A DNA stretch of 64,000 nucleotides from Candidatus Micrarchaeota archaeon. Its GTDB lineage: Archaea; B1Sed10-29; JAJRYS01. The first letter of the stretch is position 1. Each line of letters starts with the position of its first letter. Under the pieces are notes generated by a model that saw only the letters and a program-made list of their open reading frames with translations, was not told the origin of the DNA and ran no database searches. This document shows, piece by piece, positions 27,433-35,719 of this stretch. The translations under genes were made by a program, and so were the position numbers. The DNA lies in NCBI GenBank assembly GCA_964643685.1, contig CAZXTN010000001.1:1-64000 (forward strand), read 5' to 3'.

Positions 27433-28887
27433 TTAGTGAAACAAAGTTTTTAAAGCTTTCACATCAATTCTTTCCTGTTGAGTTGAATCCCTTTTTCTTA
27501 AAGTAACAGTGTTATCCTCAAGAGTCTGATGGTCAATTGTAACAGCATAAGGCACGCCTATTTCATCTGCCCTAGCATACCTTTTTCCAATGCTCCCTGA
27601 ATCATCATAAAACACGTCAAGTGACTTTATTTCTTCATAAACTTCAATTGCTTTTTCTCTCAAGCCGTCTTTTTTCATCAAAGGAAACACTCCCAGCTTC
27701 CACGGAGCAATTTTTTCAGGCAAAGAAAGCCACATCCTCCCCCCTTCTTCTTTGTAATTCAAGTCAATTAAAGCAAACACGTTCCTGTCAACACCAAAAC
27801 TCAACTCTAAAACATGTGGAGTAAACTTTTCACCGTCTTTTGCAACTTCTAGTTTTGTTTTTGAAAACTCCTGATGCCTGCTCAAGTCGTGGTTTCCCCT
27901 GTAATGAAAACCAGCAACTTCCAAGTATTCCTCAAACATGTCAAACCATACTTCCACATCGAAGTGAAGCTTGTTGTAAAAAGCCCTTTCCTTTTCATTT
28001 TTTTCATAAAACCTCATTTTTTCAATTGGAACATTTAAGGACTCATAAAACTCCTGCACTTTCACCATGTAATAAACGCAGAACTTAGGGTAACCTTTTT
28101 CAACCAAGTCCCCTGCACTTACCAACTGTTCTTTTTTATTTCTTTCACTTGCAAGCACGACTCTTAACTTCTTGTTCAAATCAAATTCTCTTGACTCATT
28201 CAATTTATGAGGATTAAAGAAGATTTGAAGCTCTGCTTGAGTAAACTCCCTCATTCTGAAAAAGAACCTCCTCGGTGAAATTTCATTCCTGTAAGCTTTT
28301 CCAATTACAGCCAAGCCAAGTGGCAGTTTTTCCCTGTTAACTAAGTACTCTTTTTTGAAATCCAAGTAGGGCATTTGAGCTGTTTCAGGACGCAGAAAAA
28401 CCTGCACTGAGTTATCAAGCAAACCTGCCTTGAAACCAAACATCAAGTTAAGCACAGCTGCTCCGCTTAATTCACCGCCACACTTAGGGCACTTGATTCC
28501 CTTTTCTTTTATCACTTTGTCAAACTCTTTCAAATCAGCATTTTCATCCAATTCAACTCCTGTAACTGCTTTTATTAATTCATCTGCTCTTTCAGTGTTG
28601 CCGCATTTCTTACATTTCACAATAGGGTCTTCAAAATGCTCCAAGTGCCCGCTTGCCTCCCATACTTTTTTAGGAGTCACGTTGCTTGGTTCAATTTCAA
28701 AAAAGTTAGAGTCAAGGGACAAGAAGTAGTTCCTCCAGTAGTTTTCAAAATTCTTTTTTATTCTTGTTCCAACAGAGCCGTAATCATAAAAACCAGCTAA
28801 TGAACCGTAAATTTCAGCTGTCGGGTAAAAAATTCCCCTTCTTAAACTAAGCTCTGTTACCTTGTCATACTTCGTCTTTTCAGCCAT
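27433..28887 (-). CDS. glyS: Glycine--tRNA ligase (archaeal/eukaryal alpha2 type)
   Basis: EIYG..AGFYDYG; LRPETAQ; RNEISPR; REFTQAE; SFGVDR; SIGKRYARADEIG. Confidence 0.95.
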   Translation of the reverse strand: MAEKTKYDKVTELSLRRGIFYPTAEIYGSLAGFYDYGSVGTRIKKNFENYWRNYFLSLDSNFFEIEPSNVTPKKVWEASGHLEHFEDPIVKCKKCGNTERADELIKAVTGVELDENADLKEFDKVIKEKGIKCPKCGGELSGAAVLNLMFGFKAGLLDNSVQVFLRPETAQMPYLDFKKEYLVNREKLPLGLAVIGKAYRNEISPRRFFFRMREFTQAELQIFFNPHKLNESREFDLNKKLRVVLASERNKKEQLVSAGDLVEKGYPKFCVYYMVKVQEFYESLNVPIEKMRFYEKNEKERAFYNKLHFDVEVWFDMFEEYLEVAGFHYRGNHDLSRHQEFSKTKLEVAKDGEKFTPHVLELSFGVDRNVFALIDLNYKEEGGRMWLSLPEKIAPWKLGVFPLMKKDGLREKAIEVYEEIKSLDVFYDDSGSIGKRYARADEIGVPYAVTIDHQTLEDNTVTLRKRDSTQQERIDVKALKTLFH

Positions 28888-28959
28888 GGCAAAAAACCTA
28901 CTTTTAATTAGTATTAGTTTTTTAAGTAAAAAAAAGTATAATAAGCTTGTGATTTAACC

Positions 28960-29673
28960 ATGGATTATTCTGAATTAAAAAAACAAATGATTGAAAAAAC
29001 AAAACAAGACGTGAAAAAAGAGCTCCTAAGAAGAGACAAAGTAATAGTCCACGCAGTTAAAACAATTGACACAATTGACAAAACAGGAAACTTGTTAATT
29101 GAAAAATTAAGGGAATGGTACGGCGTTTACAACCCTGAATTCAAATCAAAAGACAATGAAAAACTATTTGAGGTCATTTCAAAACTTGAAAGAAAAGAGG
29201 ATTCAATGGGAGCTGACTTGACACAAGAAGACTTGAAACAAATACAGGAATACTCTTCAAAAATAAAAGCGCTTTACGACGAAAGAAAAAACATTTCATC
29301 TTATCTTGAAAAAATAATGAAAGAAGAAGCCCCTAACATAACAGCAATCACAGGAAGCATTTTAGGAGCAAGGCTTATTGCAACTGCAGGCAGTTTGGAA
29401 AAACTAGCTGAATTTCCTTCCTCTACGATACAAGTCTTAGGCGCTGAAAAAGCATTATTCGCTCACCTTAAAAAAGGAGTAAAGCCACCTAAATATGGGT
29501 TATTATTCCAATTTCCTTTGGTTAGAAAAGCAAGCAGGAAAAACAAGGGAAAAATGGCTAGAAAAACAGCTGCTAAAATTTCAATAGCAGCAAAAGTGGA
29601 TTTTTTCAAAGGAGAATTCATCGGAGACAAGTTAATGCAAGAACTTGAAAAAGAAGCAAAGGAATTAAAATGA
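28960..29673 (+). CDS. nop5: Nop5/Nop56 C/D box RNP protein (short form)
   Basis: LREWYG...PE; APN...G..LGARLI..AGSL..LA..PSSTIQVLGAEKALF; PPKYG. Confidence 0.92.
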   Translation: MDYSELKKQMIEKTKQDVKKELLRRDKVIVHAVKTIDTIDKTGNLLIEKLREWYGVYNPEFKSKDNEKLFEVISKLERKEDSMGADLTQEDLKQIQEYSSKIKALYDERKNISSYLEKIMKEEAPNITAITGSILGARLIATAGSLEKLAEFPSSTIQVLGAEKALFAHLKKGVKPPKYGLLFQFPLVRKASRKNKGKMARKTAAKISIAAKVDFFKGEFIGDKLMQELEKEAKELK

Positions 29674-30299
29674 AACAAACAAAATACCCCCTAGTTTTCG
29701 AAGATGAAAAAGGAAAACTATACACCAAATACAAAGGAGAGCACAGGTTTTGGGACGCTTATCATTCAAAAGCAGCAGCTGCGCTTAAAAAAAGAATCAA
29801 AAACTGGGTTTTTAAAAAAGATTCTAAAGTGCTTTACTTAGGAGCAGCTGAAGGCACGACAATTTCTCACTTAGCTGACATCATTCCAAACGGAGTAATA
29901 ATAGGGGTTGACATTTCACCAGAGCCGTTTAAAAAATTCCTGAAACTCTGCGAAGAAAGAGAAAACATCATCCCTGTTTTAAGCGACGCCAACCACCCTG
30001 AAAATTACAAAGAATTAATGAACAGCATAGGAAAAGTTGATGTGGTTTACCAGGATTTGGCGCAGAAAATACAAGCAGACATTCTCATAAAAAACGCCGA
30101 GCTTTTTTTGAAAAAAAATGGCTACGCAGTGTACATGGTAAAAGCGCTTAGCATTGACGTGACTGAAAAGCCAAGCAAGATATTCAAACAAGAGGAAGAC
30201 AAGCTAATCAAAGCAGGTTTTGAAATAATTGAAAAAAAGTCGCTTGAACCATACCAAAAAGGACACGCGGTAATAATAGCAAAATATGCAAAAAAATAG
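29670..30299 (+). CDS. flpA: Fibrillarin-like rRNA/tRNA 2'-O-methyltransferase
   Basis: W....SK.AA; VLYLGAA.GTT.SH..D; NIIPVL.DA; YQDLAQ; LEPY...H. Confidence 0.93.
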   Translation: MKQTKYPLVFEDEKGKLYTKYKGEHRFWDAYHSKAAAALKKRIKNWVFKKDSKVLYLGAAEGTTISHLADIIPNGVIIGVDISPEPFKKFLKLCEERENIIPVLSDANHPENYKELMNSIGKVDVVYQDLAQKIQADILIKNAELFLKKNGYAVYMVKALSIDVTEKPSKIFKQEEDKLIKAGFEIIEKKSLEPYQKGHAVIIAKYAKK

Positions 30300-30300
30300 C

Positions 30301-30330
30301 TTTATATACTTCAAATATACAAATGTATAT
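30301..30330 (+). promoter_or_regulatory. TA operon promoter with palindromic operator
   Basis: TTTATATA 30301-30308; ATATACA-AA-TGTATAT 30315-30330 just before antitoxin start. Confidence 0.55.
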
Positions 30331-30340
30331 GTGATGTAAT

Positions 30341-30568
30341 ATGGTGCAAGCTGTAATAAATATTCCAGATAAGGTAAACAGAACTTTGAATATTGTCAAA
30401 GCAAAATACGGACTAAAGGACAAATCACAAGCAATAACTCTTGTTGTAGAAGAATATGAAAAAGAATTTTTAGAACCTGAATTAAGACCAGAGTATATTA
30501 CAAAACTTGAAAAAATTTCAAAAGGAAAATATTACTCAAGAAAAGAATTTGAAAAAATGGTTTTATAA
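30341..30568 (+). CDS. DUF2683-type antitoxin
   Basis: MVQA.I...NR.LNIVKAKYGLKDKSQAI...LEPELRPEY; coupled to toxin. Confidence 0.8.
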   Translation: MVQAVINIPDKVNRTLNIVKAKYGLKDKSQAITLVVEEYEKEFLEPELRPEYITKLEKISKGKYYSRKEFEKMVL

Positions 30569-30843
30569 TGTATGAAAGTAGTTACTCTGAAGAGTTCGTT
30601 AAAGAAATACTAAAACTTAAAAAAAGAGACAAAAAAGCATTTTCAAGAGTGATGAAAAAAATTGATGAAATTTTAAAAACACCTAACCCTGATTCTTACA
30701 AGAATTTAAAAAATGAACTCAAATCATTTAAAAGAGTGCATATTGGACATTTTGTACTTATTTTTAAAGTAAATAAAAAAAAGAGAATAATTTATTTTGA
30801 AGATTACAAGCATCATGACAAAATTTACAAAACAAAAAAATAA
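30568..30843 (+). CDS. RelE/ParE/YafQ-family toxin
   Basis: KKIDEIL..P...YKNL...L...KRVHIG.FVLIF...F..Y.HHD.IY. Confidence 0.85.
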   Translation: MYESSYSEEFVKEILKLKKRDKKAFSRVMKKIDEILKTPNPDSYKNLKNELKSFKRVHIGHFVLIFKVNKKKRIIYFEDYKHHDKIYKTKK

Positions 30844-30851
30844 AAAAAGAG

Positions 30852-30869
30852 TTTCAGCGAAAGCTGAAA
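30852..30869. terminator. Hairpin between convergent genes
   Basis: TTTCAGC-GAAA-GCTGAAA flanked by A runs (T runs on minus strand). Confidence 0.45.
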
Positions 30870-30888
30870 AAATAACTTAAAGTTTGTT

Positions 30889-31965
30889 TTATCCACAGCT
30901 TCCTGAACTTGTTCCAGTACCTTCATAACCAAAACCAGGTGCTGGGGTTTCGCTTGACAATTGAGTGTTGCATGCTTCTGGCTCGTTGTTGAAAGCTGAA
31001 CAAATTATTTTCAGCAAACTTGCTGAATCCCTTTGCGTGTTCACTTTTTCTCCATTAATAACTAAAGTCGGACTTCCTCCAACTTCATACTTTTCATTGT
31101 CTTCTTTGAACACGTTGAAAAGAGGGAACCTTCCACTTAACCAAGTGCTTTGGTCATTGTAAAGCCCTGTTACATTATACTTGTTGTCAGTGTCTGTAAT
31201 GCACTGGGATAAGTCAGATTTAGTTAAACCAACTTTGTCCAAGCACCTTGTTGAATTGCCATCTTCTAAGAAGCAGCTTAAGTAATCCAAGTACTTGTCA
31301 TTGTACTCTGTCTCAATACAATATTGGGTTAGCTGTTCATCTAATTCTTTTTTGCCATGCATTGCGTAATAAACGAATTTAACGTCGAAGTTTATCTTAT
31401 CTTTTAAAGTTTCAACAACTGGCAAAATTCCTTTTTCAATTTGAGTTCCGAAAGGACAGTAAGCCATTACAAATAATTCAACATCTGGCTTGTCTGTCTT
31501 TAGAATTCCAGCTGGAACAATTGAACTGTCCTCTTGCTTTGGCTGGTATTCCTCTGGAATTTCAATTGCCTGTGGAAAAAACAACTCCCCTGATTTTGTC
31601 ACATAAGAAGTTACTTCTTGAGATTGACCATCTTTGCTTAAATTCAAAACAATTTTGTACAAACCTTGTTCTTCAGTGAAATTAATTAAGTCAACATTAA
31701 CTCCAGGGGCAACCATTTCTGCTTTTACAAATTTCAAAGTATTTGACTTAACTTGTTCTTTTGAAACCTGGTTACTGCCTGCAGTTGAACCTGAATAAAA
31801 AATAACCAAGCTGAATACAAACACTACAGCTAAAACAACGCTTAATGCCTGCCAAAACTGCTTCTTAGACACGTAAATTCTGATTCTTTCCCTTTTGCTT
31901 AACTTATTGTTGTCAATTGCTTTTTCAAGAATCTCAGTATCCATCTTTGCATTTTTTTTCTTCAT
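30889..31965 (-). CDS. Membrane-anchored thioredoxin/DsbA-fold protein
   Basis: N-terminal TM; VELFVMAYCPFG; V.GSPTLVING (cis-Pro loop); C-terminal GSCG. Confidence 0.75.
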   Translation of the reverse strand: MKKKNAKMDTEILEKAIDNNKLSKRERIRIYVSKKQFWQALSVVLAVVFVFSLVIFYSGSTAGSNQVSKEQVKSNTLKFVKAEMVAPGVNVDLINFTEEQGLYKIVLNLSKDGQSQEVTSYVTKSGELFFPQAIEIPEEYQPKQEDSSIVPAGILKTDKPDVELFVMAYCPFGTQIEKGILPVVETLKDKINFDVKFVYYAMHGKKELDEQLTQYCIETEYNDKYLDYLSCFLEDGNSTRCLDKVGLTKSDLSQCITDTDNKYNVTGLYNDQSTWLSGRFPLFNVFKEDNEKYEVGGSPTLVINGEKVNTQRDSASLLKIICSAFNNEPEACNTQLSSETPAPGFGYEGTGTSSGSCG

Positions 31966-32111
31966 TTGCTAAACGCCTCCGCTTAAAGAATTTTTTTAAA
32001 TAAAAGAATGTAAATTAAAAACAGGAGTTGAAAGTATAAAAAACTTAGCTAATCTAAAAAATTCACATAATCTAATCCCCCCTAAATACAAAAAAATAAT
32101 AAAAAGAAGAA

Positions 32112-32320
32112 GTTGATGGCCGTCACCCAAACCGAAACGCGAAGGGACAAACTTTAAAAGTTTGTATCAATTGACCATGTGCGCTTCGCTTAGTGGTCCC
32201 TTTTCCCCTCTCAGTTTTTCCTGTTAAGGAAAAACGTTTGAGCAGTCTTTGACTGCGATTGATTTTTAGGGAATTTCTGACCCCTCCTGGAAGCCACGTT
32301 CGGCTTCGCCGAAGTGCCTT
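32112..32320. ncRNA. Putative structured non-coding element, family unknown
   Basis: GC-richer than flanks, no ORF in track, at least five hairpins (ACAAACTTTAAAAGTTTGT; GACCA..TGGTC; GTTTTTCCT-GTTA-AGGAAAAAC; GCAGTC-TTT-GACTGC; TTCGGC-TTC-GCCGAA). Confidence 0.45.
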
Positions 32321-32368
32321 ATTTTTTTTGACCTTGTTTAACTAAGAGTATAAAACAAATGAAAAAAA

Positions 32369-32602
32369 TGGTGGCCCCACTCGGATTTTCACCAACCTCT
32401 CCGGCTGAAAGCGGACTTTTTTCTTCTTTTAAAGAAGAAAAAACCAGACGACTGGAACGAAGTGGGATGTCGTCTCAGCCCGCCAACCGGATACGGCTGC
32501 TTTGAACCAAGGACCTCCGGCTCTCTTAGGAGCCGTTGGCTAAAATATGCCAGAACGTGCCATATAAGACCGGCGCTCTGAACCAAACTGAGCTATGGGG
32601 CC
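32369..32602 (-). tRNA. tRNA-Ile (anticodon UAU) with two introns (37/38: 32523-32562; 59/60: 32386-32500) and encoded CCA
   Basis: Spliced sequence GGCCCCA TA GCTC AGTTTGGTTCA GAGC G CCGGT CT TAT A|A GCCGG AGGTC CTTGG TTCAAA|T CCGAG TGGGGCC A CCA folds to a full cloverleaf; both junctions form bulge-helix-bulge motifs. Confidence 0.92.
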
Positions 32603-32711
32603 AGTTTAAACGCATTAGTAATTTTTTTAATTACTCTAATTTAAACCTTTTTATTCAAAAAGTTCTTTAAAAGAAGTAAGTAGGTAAAAAGATAGTTGGG
32701 GAAATTTTGTT

Positions 32712-33266
32712 ATGAAGAAAGAGTTGCAGAGGAATATAATTCATTTGCTGTTGGGAACTGGAATAGCAGGGGTTATAACAAAAACAAGTCATGAGTTTTC
32801 TCTTGTTTTGTTTGGTTTGCTTTTGATAGTAAGTGCTTTGATTTCAGAGTTAATGGTGAGGGGTAGGAGTTTTCCTTTAGTAACTTGGTTTATTAGAAAA
32901 TTTGAGAGAAGAAAAGTTCGTCCAGGGTTGGGTGTTATAAATTTTTTAATTGGTGTTTTTATTTCTCTTGTTTTTTTTGATTCGCGTACTGTTTTTTTAT
33001 CAGTGCTGGTGCTTGCTTTTAATGATTCTTTTTCAACTGTTGTGGGGATAGCTTTTGGGAAGCATAGGGTTGTGGGTAAGAAAACGCTTGAGGGTTCAAT
33101 AGGTGGTTTTATTGGAACTGTGTTGATAATGAGTTTTTTTATAAGTTCTTTTGTAAATGTTTTTATAATTTCGTTGACAGCAACTTTTATAGAGTTGTTT
33201 ACAACTCTTGATGATAATTTAATAATACCGCCGACAATAAGCTTATTAATTAAGATAATCAAATAA
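32712..33266 (+). CDS. Dolichol/polyprenol kinase family (CTP-dependent)
   Basis: R..IH; LAF.DS.ST.VG..FG; KKTLEGS.GGF; DDNLIIP. Confidence 0.85.
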   Translation: MKKELQRNIIHLLLGTGIAGVITKTSHEFSLVLFGLLLIVSALISELMVRGRSFPLVTWFIRKFERRKVRPGLGVINFLIGVFISLVFFDSRTVFLSVLVLAFNDSFSTVVGIAFGKHRVVGKKTLEGSIGGFIGTVLIMSFFISSFVNVFIISLTATFIELFTTLDDNLIIPPTISLLIKIIK

Positions 33267-33295
33267 AAGAAAATGAAAGAAAAAGGAGTGTTTTA

Positions 33296-35710
33296 TTGAT
33301 GCGTAAGTTTTTGAAAAAAAATCAAGTTGAAGTTTTAATTGTTTTAACTTTGTTTTTGCTTGCTTTTGGAATAAGGACTATTCCAATGGATAAGTTTCCT
33401 AATATTTACGGGTTTGATTCTTTCTGGGCAGCTAGGATGACTAAGTACATGCTTGATGGTAATCACCCAGGGTGGCCTTTTACAGCAATAAAAGATAAGG
33501 TGACTGATTATCCTTGGGGGAGGTCTGGTTTAAGGCCAGTTGAACTTGGCTGGTGGAGCATAAACGCAGTGTTATACAAGTTACTTGGCGGAGGAGTTCC
33601 CTGGAATTATGACTTGTTTGGAAAAATAGCTTCTTGGACAACAGTTATTTTTGCTTCTCTTGCAATACCTGCGATTTACTTGTTTGGAAAAGAAGCATAT
33701 AACAGAGTAACTGGGCTTGCTTCTGCTCTTTTCTTGGCAGTTTCAGGAAATCATTTGTTTTATTCTATTTACGGGCATGCGGAAAACGACGGGCTTGGAT
33801 TATCCCTTTTCTTCTTTTCACTATACTCATTTGTAATGGCAGTGAAAAAAAAGAAGAGAAGGTACTTGTTGCTTAATGCTTTTTTCTTCTCATGGCTTTC
33901 TTTAGTATGGCAGTCATACACTGTTGTAACTTTTCTAGTCACTGGAACAATTGGCTTGTACTTCATAATTTATGCTTTAATGAAAAAAATGAACAATTAC
34001 AAGGATTCAGAAAAAAGAAAAGAGCATAGGAAGTGGATGATCTATTCCTTGATTTCAATCATTCCTTCAATAGTAATAAATTACTTATTCATAGGAAAAA
34101 CAGGAATGGGCGCAAGAGCCATACTTCCTTTGTCATTAGCAATAATCATTCCATTAATAATTGAAAAAACAATATCAGGAGAAAAGATGAAATTTAAAAA
34201 AGAAGATTTTTATGCAAAAACAGGTGGAATTGCAGCAATTTTGTTGTTCCTTGGATTAATTTTTTACGGAACAGCAATGGTAACATCACCTATAAGGTAC
34301 GTAGGGTTCAACTTTTTAGGAGAACAAAGGCAAGCACTGCCTTATGAAAAAAGAATGCTTTCAACAATAGCAGAGCAAAACCCAGTGCCAGGGAACAGTT
34401 TCTTTGAGAGAATAAGCAACTTGTCAGGCAATTTCGGTTTAATAATATGGCTGTCAATCGCATCAATATTAGCAATAATTATAAAATTATTTACAATTCC
34501 TTTCATAAAAAAAGACTTTACATATGAATGGGATTTGCTTGCATTAGCTTTCTTAACTTTTTCAATATACACTTTGACAGAAAAAGCAATAACAATGTTC
34601 TTCCTAGCAGGGGTAATTGCTTTCGGAGCAGGTTACTTCTATGGATTATTATGGAAAACAATAGATTATTACAAGCATAAGTTGAAAAACAAGGAAAAAA
34701 CACTGAAAGCAGCCTTACTACTATTATTACTTGTTTCATTTTCAGCTTACAGCGTCCCTGCAATACAGCAAGTAAACAACATGGCTTACGACATGCCGCA
34801 GGAATGGATGCAGACATACGATTTCCTAAACACTTTGCCAAAAGGAAGCGTGATAACAGCTTGGTGGGATTACGGACACTGGATGAATTACTTCAGCGGA
34901 GACAACATATACACAACACAAGACAACATACAAGACAGAAAAGATATAATATACACAGTCGCCTCTTCATTTACGCATGTAACAAACTGCCAGCAAGATC
35001 AAACAGGAGTGATAACCTGCGACTCCACGCCACAAGCACTTGAAAAACAAGAAATAGAATCACTGTCCCTCCTAAAACCGCTTAAAACAAATTACATATT
35101 AATAGACAAAGAAATAGTAGCAGGAAGCACAGGTGGAAAATACGGAGCATTAAAAAGAATAGCTGGAATAGAAACAGGATGCATACAAGAATTCACATGC
35201 AAACAGCAAGAAGATACAGTTGCATGCAATTTAGGTTACATAAACACTCAAAATGGACAGGAGGGAATTTACTTCAAATTCACGCAACAGCAATGGAATC
35301 AATTGACAAACATAACCTGGCCAGGAGTAACAATAAACATGCCAGTAATAACAAGCAGTGGACAGGCAGTTGGGCAAATACCAACAAGGTACTTTGCTAA
35401 AAACATGAACTACAGCGGAAAAACACTTTACGCAACAGCCTTAAACTGCGGAAATTACTTCTTCAGCGAACATGGTGCAAACCCAAACGCGCCTGCTCTC
35501 TATTCATTTGAAATGAGACTGTTCTTCAACGACCCTTCATTAAAACACGTGACAAAAGTTTATGATGACGGGTGGAACGTGATATACCAAGTAAACTGGA
35601 ATGGAATACCCGACCCTGAAAAATACGACACTTGGACAAAAACACACTCTGTGCTTTGTACAGGAGCAGCTGAAAAAATCTGCGAACAAAACCCAATTCA
35701 AACAAATTAA
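33296..35710 (+). CDS. aglB: Oligosaccharyltransferase AglB/STT3
   Basis: GFDSFW; END; TIAE; WWDYG; DK motif; multi-TM N-terminus and soluble C-terminus. Confidence 0.92.
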   Translation: MMRKFLKKNQVEVLIVLTLFLLAFGIRTIPMDKFPNIYGFDSFWAARMTKYMLDGNHPGWPFTAIKDKVTDYPWGRSGLRPVELGWWSINAVLYKLLGGGVPWNYDLFGKIASWTTVIFASLAIPAIYLFGKEAYNRVTGLASALFLAVSGNHLFYSIYGHAENDGLGLSLFFFSLYSFVMAVKKKKRRYLLLNAFFFSWLSLVWQSYTVVTFLVTGTIGLYFIIYALMKKMNNYKDSEKRKEHRKWMIYSLISIIPSIVINYLFIGKTGMGARAILPLSLAIIIPLIIEKTISGEKMKFKKEDFYAKTGGIAAILLFLGLIFYGTAMVTSPIRYVGFNFLGEQRQALPYEKRMLSTIAEQNPVPGNSFFERISNLSGNFGLIIWLSIASILAIIIKLFTIPFIKKDFTYEWDLLALAFLTFSIYTLTEKAITMFFLAGVIAFGAGYFYGLLWKTIDYYKHKLKNKEKTLKAALLLLLLVSFSAYSVPAIQQVNNMAYDMPQEWMQTYDFLNTLPKGSVITAWWDYGHWMNYFSGDNIYTTQDNIQDRKDIIYTVASSFTHVTNCQQDQTGVITCDSTPQALEKQEIESLSLLKPLKTNYILIDKEIVAGSTGGKYGALKRIAGIETGCIQEFTCKQQEDTVACNLGYINTQNGQEGIYFKFTQQQWNQLTNITWPGVTINMPVITSSGQAVGQIPTRYFAKNMNYSGKTLYATALNCGNYFFSEHGANPNAPALYSFEMRLFFNDPSLKHVTKVYDDGWNVIYQVNWNGIPDPEKYDTWTKTHSVLCTGAAEKICEQNPIQTN

Positions 35711-35719
35711 AAAAAAAGA

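Noticed and set aside
30889-30900. Selenocysteine-type C-terminal redox tail
   Set aside because: The tail ends Cys-Gly followed by TAA, not TGA
32112-32320. RNase P RNA, SRP RNA, 5S rRNA or TPP/glycine riboswitch
   Set aside because: Only isolated fragments match (GGAATTTCTGAC, CTGAGA); the partner conserved regions are absent, so it is left unassigned
32389-32586. 65-aa ORF in the track
   Set aside because: It lies wholly within the intron-containing tRNA gene
30341-32602. Integrated mobile element at the tRNA (TA pair nearby)
   Set aside because: No integrase or transposase, and I saw no duplicate of the tRNA 3' end
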